NCBI GenBank assembly: GCA_963801815.1
Contig: CAWDGJ010000003.1
Span: 736,001-800,000 of the forward strand
Length of the DNA stretch: 64,000 nucleotides
Direction of reading: 5' to 3'
From: an uncultured Verrucomicrobiae bacterium
GTDB lineage: Bacteria; Verrucomicrobiota; Verrucomicrobiia; Chthoniobacterales; UBA10450
Shown: positions 17,476-27,206 of the stretch, piece after piece
Layout of the letters: every line of letters begins with the position of its first letter
How positions within the stretch are numbered: position 1 is the stretch's first letter
Translations under genes and position numbers: made by a program
The notes under the pieces: generated by a model
What the model was told of the DNA's origin: nothing
The model's input: the letters and a program-made list of their open reading frames with translations, nothing else
Databases searched by the model: none

Positions 17476-19053
17476 ATGAGCGGCGAACTTTCAGTGAAAG
17501 AAGCGCGTTGGCCCGCAGTTCTCGAACAACGCTGGGCGATTTGGCTCGTCGCGATCGTGGCGACGTTGTTGCTTTCGTTCGCCAATTTTCCGTGGACGCT
17601 GGATGAGTACGACCAGGCGAAGCAGGCGTTCACCTCGTTTGAGATGGTGAAAGAGGGCCGCTGGCTTTACCAGGACACGCCGAACGGAAAAGTCGCGACC
17701 AAACCGCCGCTGGTCGGCTGGATTTCGTCCGGAATTTTCGAAGTGACTCGCTCGTGGGGGATCGGGTGGCGTCTTCCATCGTTGGCCGCGGCTTTCGCGA
17801 TATCGATCCTGTTGTTCGGCGCGGCGCGACGAGCTTTCGGCAATTTTGCCGCACTCGTCGCGATGGGCGCGTTCTGTTTGAATCTCCTCACGCCGAGACT
17901 CGCAACACTTGTCCGGACCGATATGCCGCTGGCACTCGTGATCTTTGCGCTCGGACTGCAGATCTGGGAGAAAATCCGTACGCGCCAGGCATGGAGGCGG
18001 CGGGACAGGCTAATTTTCTTTTTACTGCTGACCGCCGCGATGCTGATCAAGGGACCGATCGTCTACGCGTTTCTGTTGCCGGGCATCATCGTTTTCCAAT
18101 GGGCGATGCACAACAATCGTGAGGACGCGCGGGCCTGGCCGGCCTGGTGGCCGTGGATCGCATCACTCGCGGTGTTTTTGCTTTGGGTCGCAGGCGGAAT
18201 CTTTTTGGTCCCAAATTTTTACGATGAAGTAGTCGTGCGCGAGTTCGCGGCGCGCTTCAGCCAGGCGGTGCACCGTCCGCAGCCGAGCTATTTCTATATC
18301 CCGCACCTCCTGCACAAGTTTGCGCCATGGAGTATTCTATTGATTGCGCTGAGCGTGATCTGGTTTCGCTATTCGAAGATCCGGTTCGCGCAAATCTTCA
18401 AACACATTTCTCCGCTGATGTTGTGGCTGATTTGCTGGTGCGTTGGCGCGATCTTCGTGATGTCGATCGTCCCGTCCAAGCGGGTCGACCGAATCTTCCC
18501 GGTGATTGCGCCGCTCTGTCTTTTGATCGCGACGCAAATTGGATCGAGCGAATTTGACAGCCAGTTGTCTCAACGCATTCGACGATGGTCGGCGATTGCG
18601 GTTGCTTTTGGATTGGTGATAACCGGGGAGTACGCGGTTGCCAAAGTGATCAAGGAATGGCGACATCGCCAGCTGGCCGTATTCGGCTACAACGTTCGCC
18701 ATCAAGCCGCGGCTGAGAATCTGCATTACGAAATTCTTGGCCGGCGCGCGGCCGGTACCGGCAAAGGCAGTCATTCGCCGACTGCAGAATGGCGATTGCG
18801 CCGCAGAATTCCAAAAGCAACGACCGCGACTTCTCGATTTAAGGACGGGGTGTTGTTGCTATATCTCGACCGCACCCATTTCTTGACGGACGAGGAAGCG
18901 ATCAAGGCGTGGAATGACGGCACGATCAACTCTTTGGTCGCCCCGAAGACGGAATGGCCGAGGTTGTCGCAGGAGCTTCAGGGCGCTGCCGCAGGGCCAC
19001 GCTTCGAAGCGGTTACGAATCACAAAGTTGGCTATATTTTTATCACGCATTGA
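17476..19053 (+). CDS. ArnT/PMT-like membrane glycosyltransferase (GT-C fold)
   Basis: Multiple TM segments, KPPL, KGP, YFYIP, SKRVDRIFP. Confidence 0.75.
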   Translation: MSGELSVKEARWPAVLEQRWAIWLVAIVATLLLSFANFPWTLDEYDQAKQAFTSFEMVKEGRWLYQDTPNGKVATKPPLVGWISSGIFEVTRSWGIGWRLPSLAAAFAISILLFGAARRAFGNFAALVAMGAFCLNLLTPRLATLVRTDMPLALVIFALGLQIWEKIRTRQAWRRRDRLIFFLLLTAAMLIKGPIVYAFLLPGIIVFQWAMHNNREDARAWPAWWPWIASLAVFLLWVAGGIFLVPNFYDEVVVREFAARFSQAVHRPQPSYFYIPHLLHKFAPWSILLIALSVIWFRYSKIRFAQIFKHISPLMLWLICWCVGAIFVMSIVPSKRVDRIFPVIAPLCLLIATQIGSSEFDSQLSQRIRRWSAIAVAFGLVITGEYAVAKVIKEWRHRQLAVFGYNVRHQAAAENLHYEILGRRAAGTGKGSHSPTAEWRLRRRIPKATTATSRFKDGVLLLYLDRTHFLTDEEAIKAWNDGTINSLVAPKTEWPRLSQELQGAAAGPRFEAVTNHKVGYIFITH

Positions 19054-19106
19054 CAAAATGTGGCTCGACTTTCGCTCGCGGCCTTTTAGTCTCGCGCCTC
19101 TGGCAA

Positions 19107-19637
19107 ATGTCGAACGAGGAGTTCCCGAAAAAGCAGATCGAAACGCTGTGGGCGCCGTGGCGAGTGGAATATTTCGCGAAGGAGCCGCGGGACATGGAAT
19201 TTCTCTCGGCTGCAGCCCGTGCCAGTAACGACGCCGAACATCTAGTCATCACTCGGCGCAAGACGGCGTTCCTGATGATGAATCGCTATCCGTACTCGGT
19301 CGGACATTTAATGGCTGTGCCTTATAAGAAAACCGCTGAGCTCTCATCGTTAGGCGAGAACGAAATCATCGATCTGTGGAACCTGGTGATTCACGCGCAA
19401 TCGCTTCTCCGGTTTGCGACCCGCGCACAGGGTTTCAACATTGGCCTGAATCTCGGCGAAGCCGCCGGTGCCGGCGTCGTCGATCATTTGCACATTCACA
19501 TCGTGCCGCGCTGGCGCGGTGACACCAACTTCATGCCGGTGATTGCCGGGACGAAAACCATCTCGGAAGGATTGCCCGCCCTCTACGACAAGCTGGTTGA
19601 CGCGCAGACTAGAATGGACAACGAGCGCGCCCGATGA
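19107..19637 (+). CDS. HIT family nucleotide hydrolase
   Basis: LWAPWR, NRYPYSVGHLM, HLHIHIVPRW. Confidence 0.9.
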   Translation: MSNEEFPKKQIETLWAPWRVEYFAKEPRDMEFLSAAARASNDAEHLVITRRKTAFLMMNRYPYSVGHLMAVPYKKTAELSSLGENEIIDLWNLVIHAQSLLRFATRAQGFNIGLNLGEAAGAGVVDHLHIHIVPRWRGDTNFMPVIAGTKTISEGLPALYDKLVDAQTRMDNERAR

Positions 19638-20377
19638 ACGGAAGCTCTTCATGGATCGAACCGCCGCCGCCGCAACGCGGCCTTGGCTGCTTTGCCAAGG
19701 GCTGTCTGGTCCTCTGCGTCTTTTTCATTTTGCTCGGCCTCGCGTTTGTGGCCGGCACCTATTACGCCGCAAAATTTGTCCGCAGCGAATATTTCTCATC
19801 CGAGCACGAGCGACTACCGATCAGCCAGGCAACGGTTGACGAGGAAGCTGCGGTGCGCGCGCGATGGGACGCGTTCGAAAGAGCTGCTCGCGCGCACGAA
19901 CCGGCGCGACTTGAGCTGAGCGCCGACGATCTCAACGCGCTCATTGCCTCCGATCGAAGGTTGCGCGCCGATGCTTACGTGACAATTGAGGATAACAGCG
20001 CGCACCTGCAGGTCAGCATGCCAGTCGGAACAAGTTGGTGGCTGCGCGGCCGTTATATCAATGCCCAATGCATTATCGAATCCGCGCCAAGCGGAAAACC
20101 GGAAGACGCACGAATTACCAGCATTGTCGTCAACGGCCGTCCGGTCGGAGAAGAATTTCTGAGCTGGCAGTACGGCGCGTGGTCGTTCAAACGCTACGTC
20201 ACGGACTGGACTGGCGAGACGAATCTCAAAACGTTCGAGATTTCGGACGGAAAAGTAATTTTGGAAACTAACGCGAGTAGCGACGATCCGTTCGCTTCCA
20301 CACTACCTACTCCGTCGCCGTCGCCAACGTCCACGCCCACCCTGTCGCTGTCATTGTCGCCCTCTCCATCACCGTGA
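19634..20377 (+). CDS. Hypothetical membrane-anchored protein
   Basis: ATGA overlap with the HIT gene, GCFAKGCL followed by a TM helix, Ser/Pro tail. Confidence 0.7.
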   Translation: MNGSSSWIEPPPPQRGLGCFAKGCLVLCVFFILLGLAFVAGTYYAAKFVRSEYFSSEHERLPISQATVDEEAAVRARWDAFERAARAHEPARLELSADDLNALIASDRRLRADAYVTIEDNSAHLQVSMPVGTSWWLRGRYINAQCIIESAPSGKPEDARITSIVVNGRPVGEEFLSWQYGAWSFKRYVTDWTGETNLKTFEISDGKVILETNASSDDPFASTLPTPSPSPTSTPTLSLSLSPSPSP

Positions 20378-20396
20378 TTACCCTCGCCGATAAATT

Positions 20397-20557
20397 GGTA
20401 GGGACGTCGCGCTACGACGTCCGCGAAATGTAGGTAGCGGTGACTGACCTCAGTCGCCATGGCGGTTCGGTGACCCACCACTGACCGGAACTTCGTGCGG
20501 CAGCTGTATTCGAACCGGCTGCACTTTAAGCGGACGGCGCAGCCCGCCGTCCCTACC
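20397..20557. repeat. REPIN/MITE-like element with GGTAGGGAC...GTCCCTACC ends
   Basis: GGTAGGGACGTCGCGCTACGACGTCC at left, GGACGGCGCAGCCCGCCGTCCCTACC at right, between convergent genes. Confidence 0.75.
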
Positions 20558-20583
20558 ATTCGACAGGTCAGCGAAATACCTGC

Positions 20584-22203
20584 CTACTGCATGATTTCCC
20601 GCGCGAAAACGTTGAGTTGACCGTCGTCCTGCTTGCGTACCTCGGTAATCTCCAGCGGGCGCGCTTCATCGCGGTTAACGGTCGATCCTTGCGCTGGCGG
20701 CGTGTAGCCGGCGGGAAATTCGACAATGATTCGCGTCGGTGCGGCACCGAAATGAAGAACTGAATCTGTCAGCTTGCCGCGCGGGCGAAGGACCGCACGA
20801 TTCGCGTCCGAGAAATTCACCACAAATTGTCCCTTGAGATAAATTCGCTCGCCCCCGGTTCCCTGGTCCGCAATCTCCTTAAGATCGCTTGTGCCAATGA
20901 GCCGGCCGATCGGCATTCTTCCCGCCGGAAACGTTTTCCATGTGCCGCCGCCTGTTGTCGACGCCAATGTGCCCACGTCCGACGCGTTGGGTTGAACTGG
21001 TTGAGCACGGACCGGAGTTGGCACTGCCTGAGCCATCGCCGCTTCGGGTATCGATTGCGTAGCTGCGGGCCGAGCCGAAGGCTGGACCTTCGCGGCCTGC
21101 GATTTCTGAGGTGCGGGAATAGCTGACGTATCCGCGATGTTGGTCGAAGCCGGCGCTGGCGACGCAGATGTCGATTTTTCGGCGATAACTATTGGCGAAG
21201 CCGAGGCTGACGCTTTCGGCGTTGGTTTTCCTTTCGCGAGTTTGCCTTTCGGTGTTGGCGTCGCCTTTGCGGATTTATTTTTCGTCTGGACGATCGGCGG
21301 CGGAGTGACCGCTACCGCCGCCTCGACGCGGATGAGCTGGTTGTCCGCCGGCGGCGGTGTTCCGCTAGGGCCAAAACCGGGAATGGCGACTTGAGTCGGC
21401 GTCTGCGGCTGGCCACGGCCTTCTTTGAACTGCGCGTAATGCATCTCGCCGCGCAATCGGGCTTGCTCTTTAAACAGCGGCCAGCCCGCTTCCAGATTCA
21501 AAGTCAGTGGCGGCTCAAGACTGAAGGTTCCCGTGCCGCGCATCACCGTGTACGTTCCGTAGAGTAGCGGAATCACTGTGAGCATGATTCGCCCGTCATT
21601 GAAGCGCTCGACGTGAATAACTGCGGAAAGATCGTGGGCGCGGTCCAGCTTCAATTCCAAACCAGTGGTCAGTGTTTGTTTGATCAACGGGACGGTCTGC
21701 GGTTCGGCCGGGTAGATGTGTTCCATCAAGAGCTCCGGGCTCTCAACCGAATCCGTCAGGGCCACCATTCCGGAAGTGAAGATGTCGCTCGAGGTGAGTT
21801 CATGCGCTTCTTCGATTACGTAACGGCCAACGACATAGGGAACGAGCCCGCGCACTGCTTGAAAATTTCGGATATAATTTCGCACCAAATCCGCATTCGT
21901 TTTGGTCAACTCGGCCGCGCCCATCGCGTTGTAACGATCGTAAAGCTGATGGGCGTTGAGAAATTCACCGGACGGCGCTGCCGTTAATTCGAAACGTTTC
22001 GGCGGCTCGATCTTGTGCAATTTTTGCAGGAGCCGATAACTGTCGGGCCGCTCCGGTTGACTGAAGATGTAGAAACTGCCGAGCCAGGCCGCGAACGCGA
22101 ACCCGGTCAGCAACAGTATCGCAATCGTCCAGGCGAAATAATTGATCCGACGCCGGACCGGTCGCGCATAAGGCTCGTCGTAACGATAAAGTCCGTAATC
22201 CAT
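20584..22203 (-). CDS. Hypothetical protein (N-terminal TM, Pro/Ala/Lys-rich linker)
   Basis: 539 aa open frame with typical codon usage, no recognised motif. Confidence 0.75.
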   Translation of the reverse strand: MDYGLYRYDEPYARPVRRRINYFAWTIAILLLTGFAFAAWLGSFYIFSQPERPDSYRLLQKLHKIEPPKRFELTAAPSGEFLNAHQLYDRYNAMGAAELTKTNADLVRNYIRNFQAVRGLVPYVVGRYVIEEAHELTSSDIFTSGMVALTDSVESPELLMEHIYPAEPQTVPLIKQTLTTGLELKLDRAHDLSAVIHVERFNDGRIMLTVIPLLYGTYTVMRGTGTFSLEPPLTLNLEAGWPLFKEQARLRGEMHYAQFKEGRGQPQTPTQVAIPGFGPSGTPPPADNQLIRVEAAVAVTPPPIVQTKNKSAKATPTPKGKLAKGKPTPKASASASPIVIAEKSTSASPAPASTNIADTSAIPAPQKSQAAKVQPSARPAATQSIPEAAMAQAVPTPVRAQPVQPNASDVGTLASTTGGGTWKTFPAGRMPIGRLIGTSDLKEIADQGTGGERIYLKGQFVVNFSDANRAVLRPRGKLTDSVLHFGAAPTRIIVEFPAGYTPPAQGSTVNRDEARPLEITEVRKQDDGQLNVFAREIMQ

Positions 22204-22232
22204 CTAGCCAGTTGCGGGATTGTGTTGCGCGT

Positions 22233-22586
22233 TCAAGACCCGGACCGGACTGGCGGTTCTTTCGCCGCCTCGAATGACGTGCCACAACCGCACGTCCGGC
22301 TCGCGTTCGGATTCACGATGTGAAATCCGGTTCCCGTGAGCCCGTCGCGGAAATCGAGAGTCGCCCCGCGCAGATAATTTGCGCTTTCGTTGTCGATGAA
22401 AAACTGGACGCCATCGCGCTCGACCACGGCATCGCCGGCTTTCCTTTCGTCGAGCGTCATTTCGTAGTGCAAGCCCGAGCAACCGCCCTTGGTGATCTGC
22501 ACACGCAGACCCCTGCCCGCGTTCTGCTTCTGTTCATTAAGAAGGGCGCGCAGTTGTCTTGCCGCGTTCTGGGTAACGTCAATCAT
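22233..22586 (-). CDS. A-type Fe-S cluster carrier (IscA/ErpA, HesB family)
   Basis: GGCSG and NPNASRTCGCGTSF. Confidence 0.93.
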   Translation of the reverse strand: MIDVTQNAARQLRALLNEQKQNAGRGLRVQITKGGCSGLHYEMTLDERKAGDAVVERDGVQFFIDNESANYLRGATLDFRDGLTGTGFHIVNPNASRTCGCGTSFEAAKEPPVRSGS

Positions 22587-22892
22587 TCCACGGCAAATTA
22601 CGATCTCGCGCGGCTAAGTCAAAAAAGAGGAGGTTGAGAAGATGTTGAGAGGCTGAGCGGTTGAGGCGTTGAGGAAGGGCGGAATCACGAAATGCCGACG
22701 GCTGAAAAACTGAAACGCGGAAACCGGGATGTTGAGGCAGTTAAGATGTCGAGGCGTTGGGGGCGCTGAGGAAGCGTTGAGAGGCTGAGTTGTCGAGGAA
22801 TTGGCGCCGTCCGGTCTGAGGGGAGGGGTCGAGGAGTTTGGCGAGCGCGCTAGCCTCATTAAGAATCGAATGATCCGTGCTCGTGATTTAAA

Positions 22893-22915
22893 CTTGAATG
22901 CTTTAAGCATTCAAG
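22893..22915. promoter_or_regulatory. Perfect 11-1-11 palindrome, possible operator
   Basis: CTTGAATGCTT-T-AAGCATTCAAG. Confidence 0.45.
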
Positions 22916-23033
22916 ATGAAAAGCGGCATTGCGAGAATTGCCGTCGTTCCGGTTGATAAGGGGATGTTAGGATGCAGAAGACGTTGGAGAAGTTGAGAGT
23001 GTTAGACGTTGAGAAGTTGAGGGCTAACTGCGA

Positions 23034-23047
23034 GGTTCTATTGAACA
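23034..23047. promoter_or_regulatory. Possible Verrucomicrobia-type LexA box
   Basis: GGTTC-TATT-GAACA, one mismatch from TGTTC-N4-GAACA, 81 nt before the mutL ATG. Confidence 0.35.
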
Positions 23048-23128
23048 GTTGTCGCTGCAACTGAATGCGCTTCACCGAAGCCAGCGCGCTCGAATAAACT
23101 AGCTACCCAACTCCTCAACTTCTTCGTC

Positions 23129-24967
23129 ATGTCTAAGATTCGATTGCTCTCCGAAACCGTCGCCAGTCAGGTGGCGGCGGGCGAAGTGGTCGAACGGCCG
23201 GCTTCGGTCGTGAAGGAGCTCGTCGAAAACAGCATCGACGCAGCCGCGCATAAGATCGACATCTTCATTCGGCGGGGCGGAATCTCGCTGGTTCGGGTGA
23301 TTGACGATGGCTGCGGCATGGATCGGGATGATGCGTTACTTTCGCTGGAGCGGCATGCGACCAGCAAAATTCGTTCGGTGGCGGACCTGGAGGCCGTGGG
23401 AACACTTGGCTTTCGCGGCGAAGCGCTGCCAAGCATTGCCAGCGTTTCGCGCTTTCGCCTCACTACCCGCGAGCCAAGGGCGGTCGCGGGAACGGAAATC
23501 GTCGTTAACGGCGGAAAGATCGATATGGTTCGCGACGGCGGCGAAGCTCCAGGCACGCAGGTCGAAGTGCGTTCGCTTTTTTACAACGTGCCTGCCCGCC
23601 GCAAGTTTTTGCGCGCGGAAAATACCGAGAGCCGCAACATCGAACACCAATTGCATTTGCAGGCGATCGGTCATCCCCAAATCGCGTTCACATTTGCGCG
23701 CGACGATCGGGTCGTGTTTCAACTTCCCTCGACCGCTACGCTCAACGATCGAATCCGCGATCTTTACGGCAAGGAATTGCTGGAGCAATTGCTTCCGCTC
23801 AATGGCGGGGGTGCATCACAGATTCGGATCAGCGGGTTGATCGGCCGGGCCGGATTGAGCCGGCAGACGCGGTCGCAACAGCTCGTTTTTGTGAACGGAC
23901 GCGCAATTGAAAGTCCCGTGATCACCGCGGCGGTACGCGAGGGTTATCACACCGCGCTGATGAAAGGCCAGTATCCGGTTACGTTTTTATTTCTCGAGCT
24001 CGATCCCGGTGCGGTGGATGTGAATGTGCATCCGGCCAAGCGCGAAGTTCGGTTCCGCGATCCGAACGGAGTCCGCGATGCAGTTGTGCGCGCTATTCAA
24101 GAAACGCTGGCCGGCAGTCGCAGCGATTGGCAGCAAAAATTTCAACCACCGTCGACAACAGTTTCGCAGGCGGGGGTTAATCTAACGTTGCGTCCGCAAG
24201 TCAGCGGGCCGGAAATTTCGGATCGCGAATTGCCAATCTCCAATCTCGGTAGGGGCGATTCACCGAATCGCCAATCGATGTCGTCCCAAGTTTCTCCCAT
24301 GGCTGCGCCTGAATTTGGTGGCGGCGGTTCACACGACCGCCAGGAAATGCCCGGTCGGCTCGGACCGATTCAGGACAATCGCCCCTGCCAGCAATTCCAA
24401 ATCATCGGGGTGCTCAACAAACTCTACGTGTTGATGGAAAACGCCGACGGACTGGTGCTGGTCGATCAACACGCCGCTCATGAGAGAATTCTGTTCGAAG
24501 AGCTGCGGCGGCGAATGGAAGAGCAGGGGGTCCCGTCGCAAAAACTGCTCCTTTCGCAAACATTCGAGTTGCCGCCGCGCGATGCGGACTGGATCGAGCA
24601 GAACATGGATGTCTTGCAGAAAATGGGAATTGGGATCGAAAACTTCGGGCCGAACACATTCAAGATCGACAGTCTGCCCGGATTTCTAAACGTGACCGAT
24701 GGCGCACAGTTTATGCGCAAAGTGATCGACGATCTCAAGGGCGCGAGCGACCGCAGCTCACCGTTACGGTTGGGCGAGGAGATGATTGCAAAAACGGTTT
24801 GCCGCCACGCGGTCAAAGCGAACGATCCGCTGCGTTACCTGGAAGTGGAAAAGCTGATCCAGGATTTGCTGGCCTGCGATTTGCCCTACTGCTGTCCACA
24901 CGGCCGGCCGACCATGATCCAGATTTCAAACACAGAACTGGAAAAGAAATTCGGCCGCAAAGCATGA
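23129..24967 (+). CDS. mutL: DNA mismatch repair protein MutL
   Basis: AAGEVVERPASVVKELVENSIDA, GFRGEAL, DQHAAHER endonuclease motif, CPHGRP. Confidence 0.97.
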   Translation: MSKIRLLSETVASQVAAGEVVERPASVVKELVENSIDAAAHKIDIFIRRGGISLVRVIDDGCGMDRDDALLSLERHATSKIRSVADLEAVGTLGFRGEALPSIASVSRFRLTTREPRAVAGTEIVVNGGKIDMVRDGGEAPGTQVEVRSLFYNVPARRKFLRAENTESRNIEHQLHLQAIGHPQIAFTFARDDRVVFQLPSTATLNDRIRDLYGKELLEQLLPLNGGGASQIRISGLIGRAGLSRQTRSQQLVFVNGRAIESPVITAAVREGYHTALMKGQYPVTFLFLELDPGAVDVNVHPAKREVRFRDPNGVRDAVVRAIQETLAGSRSDWQQKFQPPSTTVSQAGVNLTLRPQVSGPEISDRELPISNLGRGDSPNRQSMSSQVSPMAAPEFGGGGSHDRQEMPGRLGPIQDNRPCQQFQIIGVLNKLYVLMENADGLVLVDQHAAHERILFEELRRRMEEQGVPSQKLLLSQTFELPPRDADWIEQNMDVLQKMGIGIENFGPNTFKIDSLPGFLNVTDGAQFMRKVIDDLKGASDRSSPLRLGEEMIAKTVCRHAVKANDPLRYLEVEKLIQDLLACDLPYCCPHGRPTMIQISNTELEKKFGRKA

Positions 24968-25082
24968 AGAACGTTTAGGTGTTGAGATGTTAACAGACAG
25001 AAAGAGCTTGGGGCTCCAGCGTGGTCGCTTACTGGCGCCAACAGCGCTTTGCGTTTGCGTCTTTCCTGCTTAAATCACCGTC

Positions 25083-26081
25083 GTGAGCAATCAGAGGGTG
25101 GCGCTAATTACAGGGATCACCGGCCAGGACGGTTCGTACTTGACCGAGCTGCTTTTGCAGAAGGGCTACACGGTCCATGGGATCGTGCGGCGAACGAGCA
25201 ACCTGGAACGCTCGCGGATCGAACATTTGCGTGGCGACGAAAAGATTTATGACAAGATTCTGTTTCTTCACTACGGAGATTTATCGGACGCGACGACCCT
25301 GCGACGCATCTTTCGCGAGGTGCTGCCGAGTGAGGTTTATCATTTGGCCGGTCAAAGCCACGTCGGTTTAAGCTTCGAGCTGCCCGAATCGACTTGCGAT
25401 GAAGCGGGGATGTCGACGCTGCACCTTCTCGAGATCATGCGTGATCAGGGACAACCGGTGCGATTTTATCACGCGTCGACGTCGGAAATTTTCGGCGATG
25501 CAGCGGAATCCCCGCAGACGGAAGAGACGGCGATGCGGCCGACGAGTCCGTACGGATGCGCGAAGGCCTTCGCAACGCAGCTTTGCCGCGTTTATCGAAA
25601 ATCGTACGGGCTTTTTGTGTGCAACGGAATTTGTTACAATCACGAGTCGCCGCGCCGCGGTGAGAATTTTGTTACGCGGAAAATCGCGCGGGCGGCAGCG
25701 CGGATTTCGCGCGGCTTGGACACGGAGCTTGTCCTGGGAAATCTCGAAAGCAAACGCGATTGGGGCCGCGCCCAGGATTACGTGCGTGCGATGTGGCTGA
25801 TGGTGCAGCACGAGAAACCGGAGGATTACATCGTCGCAACCGGAGAGGCCCACTCCGTGCGCGAGTTTGTGGAAGCGGCGTTCAAAGTAGTCGATTTGCC
25901 GTGGAAAAAATACGTCAAACACGACGCCGCGTTCGATCGACCGATCGAGCCGGCGCGTTTGATTGGATGCGCGGACAAAATTCGGAAAGCGCTGGGCTGG
26001 AAACCAAGCGAAAGTTTTGAGGACCTGGTTAGGGAAATGGTCCAAGCGGAAGTTGAGGCGTTGAGAGGTTTAGCCGTTTAG
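25083..26081 (+). CDS. gmd: GDP-mannose 4,6-dehydratase
   Basis: ITGITGQDGSYL, AGQSHV, SPYGCAK, NHESPRRGENFVTRKI. Confidence 0.95.
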   Translation: MSNQRVALITGITGQDGSYLTELLLQKGYTVHGIVRRTSNLERSRIEHLRGDEKIYDKILFLHYGDLSDATTLRRIFREVLPSEVYHLAGQSHVGLSFELPESTCDEAGMSTLHLLEIMRDQGQPVRFYHASTSEIFGDAAESPQTEETAMRPTSPYGCAKAFATQLCRVYRKSYGLFVCNGICYNHESPRRGENFVTRKIARAAARISRGLDTELVLGNLESKRDWGRAQDYVRAMWLMVQHEKPEDYIVATGEAHSVREFVEAAFKVVDLPWKKYVKHDAAFDRPIEPARLIGCADKIRKALGWKPSESFEDLVREMVQAEVEALRGLAV

Positions 26082-26141
26082 GAGTTGTGGAAATGTCTAA
26101 CGGGATTTTCTACGCAACCGATAAACGACTCAACATCTAGG

Positions 26142-27206
26142 CTACTCAACGATCTTCGGAGCCACGCTCCTGGCTTCGAAAATCATCGGTATTAGCGTGT
26201 TGCGACGGGTTCCGAATCGGAATCCGGCGCGGCGAGGAGCCCGCCATGTCGGCCCGGGACGTTCGGCGAGCATGCGCGCCAGTGTGAAGAGCGATTCGAA
26301 CCAAACGCCAAGGCGTCCTGCGACCGATCGTGATTCAATGCTCTCGAACGGTAGAAGCAGCGCGGCCCGATCGTTCGCGCTCAGCTGGGTGAGGTTTCGC
26401 TCTCGACTCTCGTGCAATGCCAACTCGGCCGCGATTTTTCGCGAGGCAGCCCGGGACGGATCGGGTTGGAGACTAAGTTGATCCCCGTGGCAGCGCCACA
26501 TCGCCAATTTTTCGGGAACGTGAACGGTGCCAGTCGAGCTCGTCAGGCGAAGCAGCCACTTGAAATCGGCGACGGAACCGATCGCGGTGTCAAAAGGAGC
26601 AGCGGCGCGAGCGAGTGGGGCTCGGACCAGAAGTTGGTTGAGCGAGAGATAAACGCTGCGTCCGTCGAAATGGAGAAGCCAATCGTGCGGGACCCGCCGG
26701 AAATTCATCTTGGTCGGCGCTTCGCCGGGAACCACGGTGCACACCACATCAAGGCTTAATAAATTTCTGGCCGAGCGTTTGCTCATTGTGCCGATCAACT
26801 TTTCTGCGGAAAGCGGGTCGCCATGTCGATCGATGAGTAAAACGTCGGAGACAGCGATTCCCGCTTCAGGACATCGTGTGAAACCGTCGAGCAACTCCGC
26901 CAAAAATTCCGGTGCCATCGAGTCGTCGCAGGTGGCGATGTGAATGAATTCGCCGGCGGCCAATTCAAATCCGCGGTTGAGCGCGGCATAGAGTCCTTCG
27001 CGCGGAACTTGATGAAGTTTAAAACGCGAATCATTTTTGGCGACTGACTGGAAGAGTTCCCAGCTTCCGTCGGTTGACTCGCTGTCCAGAACGATCGCCT
27101 CCCAATCGGCGAATGTTTGCTTGAACAGCGATTCAATTCGCGGTTCGAGAAATTTCCGCGCGTTGAGCGACGGCAGCAGAAGCGAAACTTTCGGCGTGTT
27201 TGCCAC
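26142..27206 (-). CDS. Glycosyltransferase family 2
   Basis: VSLLLPSLN, DSESTDGS, GLYAALNRG, TCDD. Confidence 0.85.
   Translation of the reverse strand: MANTPKVSLLLPSLNARKFLEPRIESLFKQTFADWEAIVLDSESTDGSWELFQSVAKNDSRFKLHQVPREGLYAALNRGFELAAGEFIHIATCDDSMAPEFLAELLDGFTRCPEAGIAVSDVLLIDRHGDPLSAEKLIGTMSKRSARNLLSLDVVCTVVPGEAPTKMNFRRVPHDWLLHFDGRSVYLSLNQLLVRAPLARAAAPFDTAIGSVADFKWLLRLTSSTGTVHVPEKLAMWRCHGDQLSLQPDPSRAASRKIAAELALHESRERNLTQLSANDRAALLLPFESIESRSVAGRLGVWFESLFTLARMLAERPGPTWRAPRRAGFRFGTRRNTLIPMIFEARSVAPKIVE

Larger units (their letters stand above)
22632..23121. repeat. Degenerate 8-nt periodic GTTGAGnn repeat field in the iscA-mutL divergent spacer
   Basis: Many GTTGAG/GCTGAG/GTCGAG units, reverse-complement CTCAAC units near 23107-23121, related units at ~24974 and 26051-26150. 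Confidence 0.65.
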
